A DNA stretch of 20,000 nt from the IMG/VR virus record IMGVR_UViG_3300030376_005322. One strand, 5' to 3'. The notes beneath the pieces were generated by a model. It did no database searches, had not been told where the DNA came from, and was given only the letters and a program-made list of their open reading frames with translations. This document shows, one piece after another, positions 15,912-20,000 of this stretch (position 1 is the stretch's first letter; each line of letters starts with the position of its first letter). Origin of the DNA: an uncultured virus (IMG/VR IMGVR_UViG_3300030376_005322) (lineage: Duplodnaviria > Heunggongvirae > Uroviricota > Caudoviricetes). The position numbers and the translations under genes were made by a program.

Positions 15912-16302
15912 CCCAGTCGATTTCTATTTTCCAAATTTTCTCATAATGTGCAACTACCCAAACTATTGCAGAAGGCTTTACGTCTTGATTGAAAGGAGCA
16001 AGCACTAAGCATGTCTCCGATCTATCTGTAACAGCCGCATCAGCAAGGATTAAACCTTCATGGGATTCGGTCATCACTGAACTTTCGTCCATGACTTCCC
16101 AGCCGTGATATACCCGGACAGGACGTTTCATCTCTTTAGCCACTGCCGCTATTTGGGAAATCGCTGTGTACCTAACCAACTGTTCCGTTAAAGCAGGTTC
16201 AGCCTGATCGCTGTCATTACGAGCGTGAGATAAAGCAAATTCCCATTGGTCTTCTGCCTCTCTACACAATCTGGCGTAACGTATTTTTTCGTTCCTATTC
16301 AT
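15892..16302 (-). CDS. Hypothetical protein (136 aa)
   Basis: ORF track, GGAGAGG RBS. Confidence 0.75.
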   Translation of the reverse strand: MNRNEKIRYARLCREAEDQWEFALSHARNDSDQAEPALTEQLVRYTAISQIAAVAKEMKRPVRVYHGWEVMDESSVMTESHEGLILADAAVTDRSETCLVLAPFNQDVKPSAIVWVVAHYEKIWKIEIDWGEEDNE

Positions 16303-16309
16303 ACCTCTC

Positions 16310-18505
16310 CTATTGAGTCCTAGCGATCAAACGCTTAACTAGATCATTAAGGACAGTATTGGAATCTGGTTCCTCACCATCAGTGACGCTATCTACGATT
16401 ACTCGCTTCGCTTCAATGAGTTCATAGATGTCATCATCGATAGTCCCATCAGCAAGAAGGTACCATGCAGAAACATTGTCATCCTGACCGATACGATGGC
16501 AACGATCTTCTGCCTGATCGTGCTCTGCCGGAGTCCAACCTTGTTCCACGAAAAGAACATCAGAAGCCGCAGTAAGAGTAAGCCCTACACCGCCAGCCTT
16601 CATATTTAGAACGATAACCCGAGCATCAGGATCATTCTGGAATGAATCCACTGCTTCTTGGCGAGCCTCGGCAGAGTCTTTACCAGCGACTCTAAGCCCA
16701 CCGAAACGACTGGCTATTTCGTCTACCACAGCAACGTGATGGGCGAATACAACTAATTTACGATCAGTGCTATCAAGGAAAGTGTCTATCCATTCGCAAG
16801 CCGCTTCAATTTTGCCTTCGCCAGCGAGACGCTTAAGCGTAGTGATGTTTGACAATGTGTTAGCAGAGTCTTGACCAGAGCCACCAAAGTAGGAGAGAGC
16901 ATCAAGTTCTGCCCTACGGTATGCCGCCATTGCTGGACCATTAAGATCAACATTAACTTGGTAACGTGCCTTGTCTGGGAGTTCCTTAAGAACTTCTGAT
17001 TTATTGCGACGTACATAGCAGGTACGACGGAGAAGGTCATTTAATTCTTCTGAATTAGCGGAACCAGAAAAGTCCCAACCAAACCGTGTTTTATTCGCAT
17101 TGCAGTAGCGTTTACGGAAGTTCCAAGAACCACCGAATTCGTCGATACGGTCAATAATCTCTAATTGGGAAACCAACTCAATCGGACGATTAAGAACAGG
17201 AGTACCAGTAAGAGCCAGCACCATGCCTTCTGCAGGAATAGCAGACGCTATGTTTTTAAGAGCCTGCGTTCTTTTAGCAGTTGGATTCTTAGCATAATGA
17301 CTTTCATCAAATACAAGCGCTTGGAAACCTAACGCAATAAGAGCATCTTCGTGCTTAGTTAAAATGTCGTAATTGATGATGACAATATCAGCGTTTTTGA
17401 CGCCTGATTTACTATCAACTATGTGGACGTTCTTACCGGGAAGCCATTTACGTGCTTCTCTTTCCCAGTTTGTCTTCAAAGACGCTGGGCAAACAACCAA
17501 TGTCGGGAAAGTGTTTTCTGCTAATACAGAAGCAAGAGCCTGAACAGTTTTACCAAGACCCATCTGGTCAGCGATAAAGCAACGACGTGTATTGGTCGCA
17601 TAGAGAACGCCTGCACGCTGGAATGGACGTAATGTCCCACCAAGGTTAGGAATGTCGAACTCTGCATCAGTGGCTTCTGATTGCATACCACGACGATCGG
17701 AGCCTTCGATATGGTCGCTTAATGCTTCTCTAGTCTCATCGCTTATTTCAACATCATGGAAAGCGGCCAATGTAACAGCCGTATCTGCAGACGACATAGG
17801 AACTACCCAAACTTTACGCTTAGTGTCCCAGCGACGACCAGTTAAACCCTTAACAGCCTCAACAAGGTCAGCGTCATAATCGAAATCAAAAATAAGGTCA
17901 CGGCCCTCAATGTAAAGTGCGCGTTTTTTAGCAACTTCTTCTGGAACTACTGCTTCGTGATCCATTAAAATTTGCAAGGCTTCATCTGTGCATTCAAATC
18001 CGTTCTGTTCAGCGAAAGAACGTAGAAGACCAGCACCGTCAGCCTCAACTACCCAACGGTAATTTGTGCCATCCCATTCAGACCCCATAATGTTACGAAC
18101 TTTGCTAACAAGGTCAGCAGAGTACTTGAAGTAGATATGAAATTCGTTGTTTACGAACTCGATCCTACTTTTACCACGACGTAAGTAATCTGCTTGACGT
18201 GCATCATCACGCCCATCAGCGCCAAAAACTTCAATAGGTGCTGAAAGGTCATCGTAATCAAAACATAAACTTTCGAGTTGGTTGCTGTATTTTTTAAGCA
18301 TCTTGTAGCACTCGGAAGCCATAGCATCAGTCCAGTTTTCTGGAAGAGTATCTGCACAGCGTTGACCAAATTTTGTATCAGAACCGTTAAAGCCCACGCC
18401 GTCTTGTGCCTCGGCACCATCACAGTTCGCCGCTATAAGGCTTACTGCTTCCCAGAGATCATTAATTACATCTTTAGTGTTATGTTGCAAAGTTTCTGTT
18501 TTCAT
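16310..18505 (-). CDS. SNF2-family helicase, SMARCAL1/HARP-like
   Basis: DQMGLGKT, DESH, LTGTP and QAEDRCHRIGQ, plus two N-terminal HARP-like repeats. Confidence 0.92.
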   Translation of the reverse strand: MKTETLQHNTKDVINDLWEAVSLIAANCDGAEAQDGVGFNGSDTKFGQRCADTLPENWTDAMASECYKMLKKYSNQLESLCFDYDDLSAPIEVFGADGRDDARQADYLRRGKSRIEFVNNEFHIYFKYSADLVSKVRNIMGSEWDGTNYRWVVEADGAGLLRSFAEQNGFECTDEALQILMDHEAVVPEEVAKKRALYIEGRDLIFDFDYDADLVEAVKGLTGRRWDTKRKVWVVPMSSADTAVTLAAFHDVEISDETREALSDHIEGSDRRGMQSEATDAEFDIPNLGGTLRPFQRAGVLYATNTRRCFIADQMGLGKTVQALASVLAENTFPTLVVCPASLKTNWEREARKWLPGKNVHIVDSKSGVKNADIVIINYDILTKHEDALIALGFQALVFDESHYAKNPTAKRTQALKNIASAIPAEGMVLALTGTPVLNRPIELVSQLEIIDRIDEFGGSWNFRKRYCNANKTRFGWDFSGSANSEELNDLLRRTCYVRRNKSEVLKELPDKARYQVNVDLNGPAMAAYRRAELDALSYFGGSGQDSANTLSNITTLKRLAGEGKIEAACEWIDTFLDSTDRKLVVFAHHVAVVDEIASRFGGLRVAGKDSAEARQEAVDSFQNDPDARVIVLNMKAGGVGLTLTAASDVLFVEQGWTPAEHDQAEDRCHRIGQDDNVSAWYLLADGTIDDDIYELIEAKRVIVDSVTDGEEPDSNTVLNDLVKRLIARTQ

Positions 18506-18548
18506 GTCTTTTTTCCTTATGTGTTTTTGTAAAGTAATGCGTCCTTTA

Positions 18549-18566
18549 AGTATAGGGGGAATTGAC
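18549..18566 (-). promoter_or_regulatory. Probable promoter for the helicase (GTCAATTCCCCC-TATACT)
   Basis: -10 TATACT preceded by a C run, as in the cassette promoters. Confidence 0.5.
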
Positions 18567-18571
18567 CTATA

Positions 18572-18865
18572 TCACAACTTGCGTCTATTCAACATTTTCT
18601 GTTCCTGAATACTCCTAGCCAAAGCAACCATCTGCTGAACTAAAGGCTTAGAAACTCCCATTTCTTTAGCGATCTGGGAGTAAGTAAACCCATCTCCTCC
18701 GTTACCGAAATCGCTTGCTTCTTTAACTGATAAAGCACGCTCGGCAATAGCAGAACGCCTAAACGCATCTGCCGCAGGCAGCACCCTCTCATTAAGAAGC
18801 CTCGCTCTTTCCATTGGGTCTTCTACATCTTTTACTTGTTCAAATAACTCTATTAAATTGTCCAT
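18572..18865 (-). CDS. HTH DNA-binding protein
   Basis: FTYSQIAKEMGVSKPLVQQMV. Confidence 0.75.
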   Translation of the reverse strand: MDNLIELFEQVKDVEDPMERARLLNERVLPAADAFRRSAIAERALSVKEASDFGNGGDGFTYSQIAKEMGVSKPLVQQMVALARSIQEQKMLNRRKL

Positions 18866-18881
18866 ACTTTGTTCCTGTTCT

Positions 18882-19247
18882 CTATGTCTCGTTTATCATC
18901 AGTAGCGCCCTATCGTCTCCCCCATCAACTCTGGGAGCCCTAAACGTTAACGACGTTACAAACTTCGGGCCATCATCAGGTATTACCCCTGCATCTACTA
19001 AACCATCTATGCAAGCCTTCGCTACCGGGAAGTGCCCTCCAGTATCAGCCATGTGTCGTCGATCTTTTCTACAAGGAATAAATACAACTTCGATTGCATT
19101 CATCGGTGGCACTTCTGCTTCTATCGCCGCTTCGCAAGCCGCTTCTCGCCATGACTTAACAAACTTTGCCCTCTTGTGATAATGCATTCCGCGCTCACCA
19201 TTCAGAGTAAACAATTTGCCTTCAATAGATAACGACCAAGACTTCAC
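18882..19247 (-). CDS. RusA-like Holliday junction resolvase
   Basis: D.......KACIDGLVDAGVIPDD motif. Confidence 0.8.
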   Translation of the reverse strand: MKSWSLSIEGKLFTLNGERGMHYHKRAKFVKSWREAACEAAIEAEVPPMNAIEVVFIPCRKDRRHMADTGGHFPVAKACIDGLVDAGVIPDDGPKFVTSLTFRAPRVDGGDDRALLMINET

Positions 19248-19265
19248 ATACCTATCCTATACCCT

Positions 19266-19580
19266 CTAAAGTTTATTAGTCAGCCTTTCCTTGATTTCTT
19301 GTATCTTCTCTAAAGTTTCTTCTCTGCTTAAACAAGTATCAGGTTCTTCAAGTTCAAGAACTTCATGCGAACGAGAAGCGACAAGCACTTCTCTAAACTC
19401 TGCCCATGAAGGCCAAAATTTACAGTTATCTATAACTGTGTCTAAAGCCTGCACTGCTATTTGGAAATCAAAAGGAGCAAGTTTCCTCGCCCATAAAGAA
19501 ACCTCTGGGACGCTAAGTTTTTTAGTCGGGTAAGCAACGCTGAGTTGCGCCAAAATGTAATCTGATTCATCTTCGTTCAT
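19266..19580 (-). CDS. G39P-like replicative helicase loader/inhibitor
   Basis: ILAQLSVAYP...W...L...KFWPSWAEFRE pattern, in a replication context. Confidence 0.65.
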   Translation of the reverse strand: MNEDESDYILAQLSVAYPTKKLSVPEVSLWARKLAPFDFQIAVQALDTVIDNCKFWPSWAEFREVLVASRSHEVLELEEPDTCLSREETLEKIQEIKERLTNKL

Positions 19581-19607
19581 GTTTAGTCCTTAAGTCTTAA
19601 TAATAAA

Positions 19608-19745
19608 AGAGTGGGGCCAGAATTCTTAAACAACAGCGAATTGGTCGCAGGCCAGAAACAAAAAAAGAGCCTGAAACGAATTACTTGCTAGTCGCAGAAT
19701 CCGTCCAACAGGTTAGAAAGAATAACAACCTGTAGACCCCACTCT
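19608..19745 (-). ncRNA. Candidate structured non-coding element (multi-stem)
   Basis: Closing stem AGAGTGGGG/CCCCACTCT encloses several internal stems. Confidence 0.45.
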
Positions 19746-19751
19746 AAATTT

Positions 19752-19880
19752 TTACCTATTAGATTTTCTAGAAACTCTGTAGGAGCGTGGGGCTTTTTTA
19801 TTTTTCATATCTTTAGCCCTCGCCTCTTCGAGTTCCTTCTTTGTAATAGCGTCTGATCTAGGTATTTGTGATAATCCCAT
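19752..19880 (-). CDS. Small basic protein (42 aa, MGLSQIPRSDAITKK...)
   Basis: Hand translation, GAGGA RBS. Confidence 0.5.
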   Translation of the reverse strand: MGLSQIPRSDAITKKELEEARAKDMKNKKAPRSYRVSRKSNR

Positions 19881-20000
19881 TTCGTTCCTCTCTTGCTTGT
19901 TGAATCGCATCAAACCCTTTAGGGAAATTTGTTACGTCTTGTACAGGAACCTTTGCTGGGTCCAATTCGGACCAATGGTTCGCTATAGCGATTGGGGTGA
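19858..20000 (-). CDS. C-terminus of a gene entering from the right, possibly a replication initiator (...TPIAIANHWSELD...)
   Basis: Open frame to TAG at 19858-19860, upstream of the G39P-like gene. The product call is weak. Confidence 0.45.
   Translation of the reverse strand, partial: TPIAIANHWSELDPAKVPVQDVTNFPKGFDAIQQAREERNGIITNT

Noticed and set aside
8128..19533. Numerous plus-strand ORFs opposite terL, terS, cmoA, nuclease, helicase and resolvase
   Set aside because: Antisense shadows of well-supported minus-strand genes.
19608..19745. tRNA gene
   Set aside because: About 138 nt long, with no TTCRA T-loop or cloverleaf geometry.

Overview
This is a 20 kb segment of a tailed dsDNA phage, almost entirely encoded on the minus strand. 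Frequent leaderless TANNNT-N6/7-ATG starts, an r1t-type holin and a GCRCxxC small protein point to an actinobacterial host (inference). Read in the direction of transcription (right to left) it carries: a replication/recombination block (end of a probable initiator, G39P-like protein, RusA-like resolvase, HTH proteins, SNF2 helicase with two HARP-like domains); a probable DNA-modification block abutting the packaging genes (tandem-ParB protein, ParB-fused SAM-dependent transferase, SNase-like nuclease, degenerate HAD, CmoA-like carboxy-SAM synthase); TerS/TerL with no portal after it; a 2OG-Fe(II) oxygenase; small genes; a G/T-skewed tract; and a holin. The left ~5.5 kb is an array of five small-gene operons. 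Each operon is headed by a conserved regulatory module: a CRP/GlxR-type TGTGA-N6-TCACA palindrome, a conserved promoter core and a -10 box. Oriented GTGTGAAT/AATCTGGG repeats begin at the stop codon of the preceding operon. The flanking context of CCGG sites flips orientation across 5.4-6.5 kb although gene direction does not change, suggesting a genome end or origin there. All family calls are from motif recognition, and all counts are manual.
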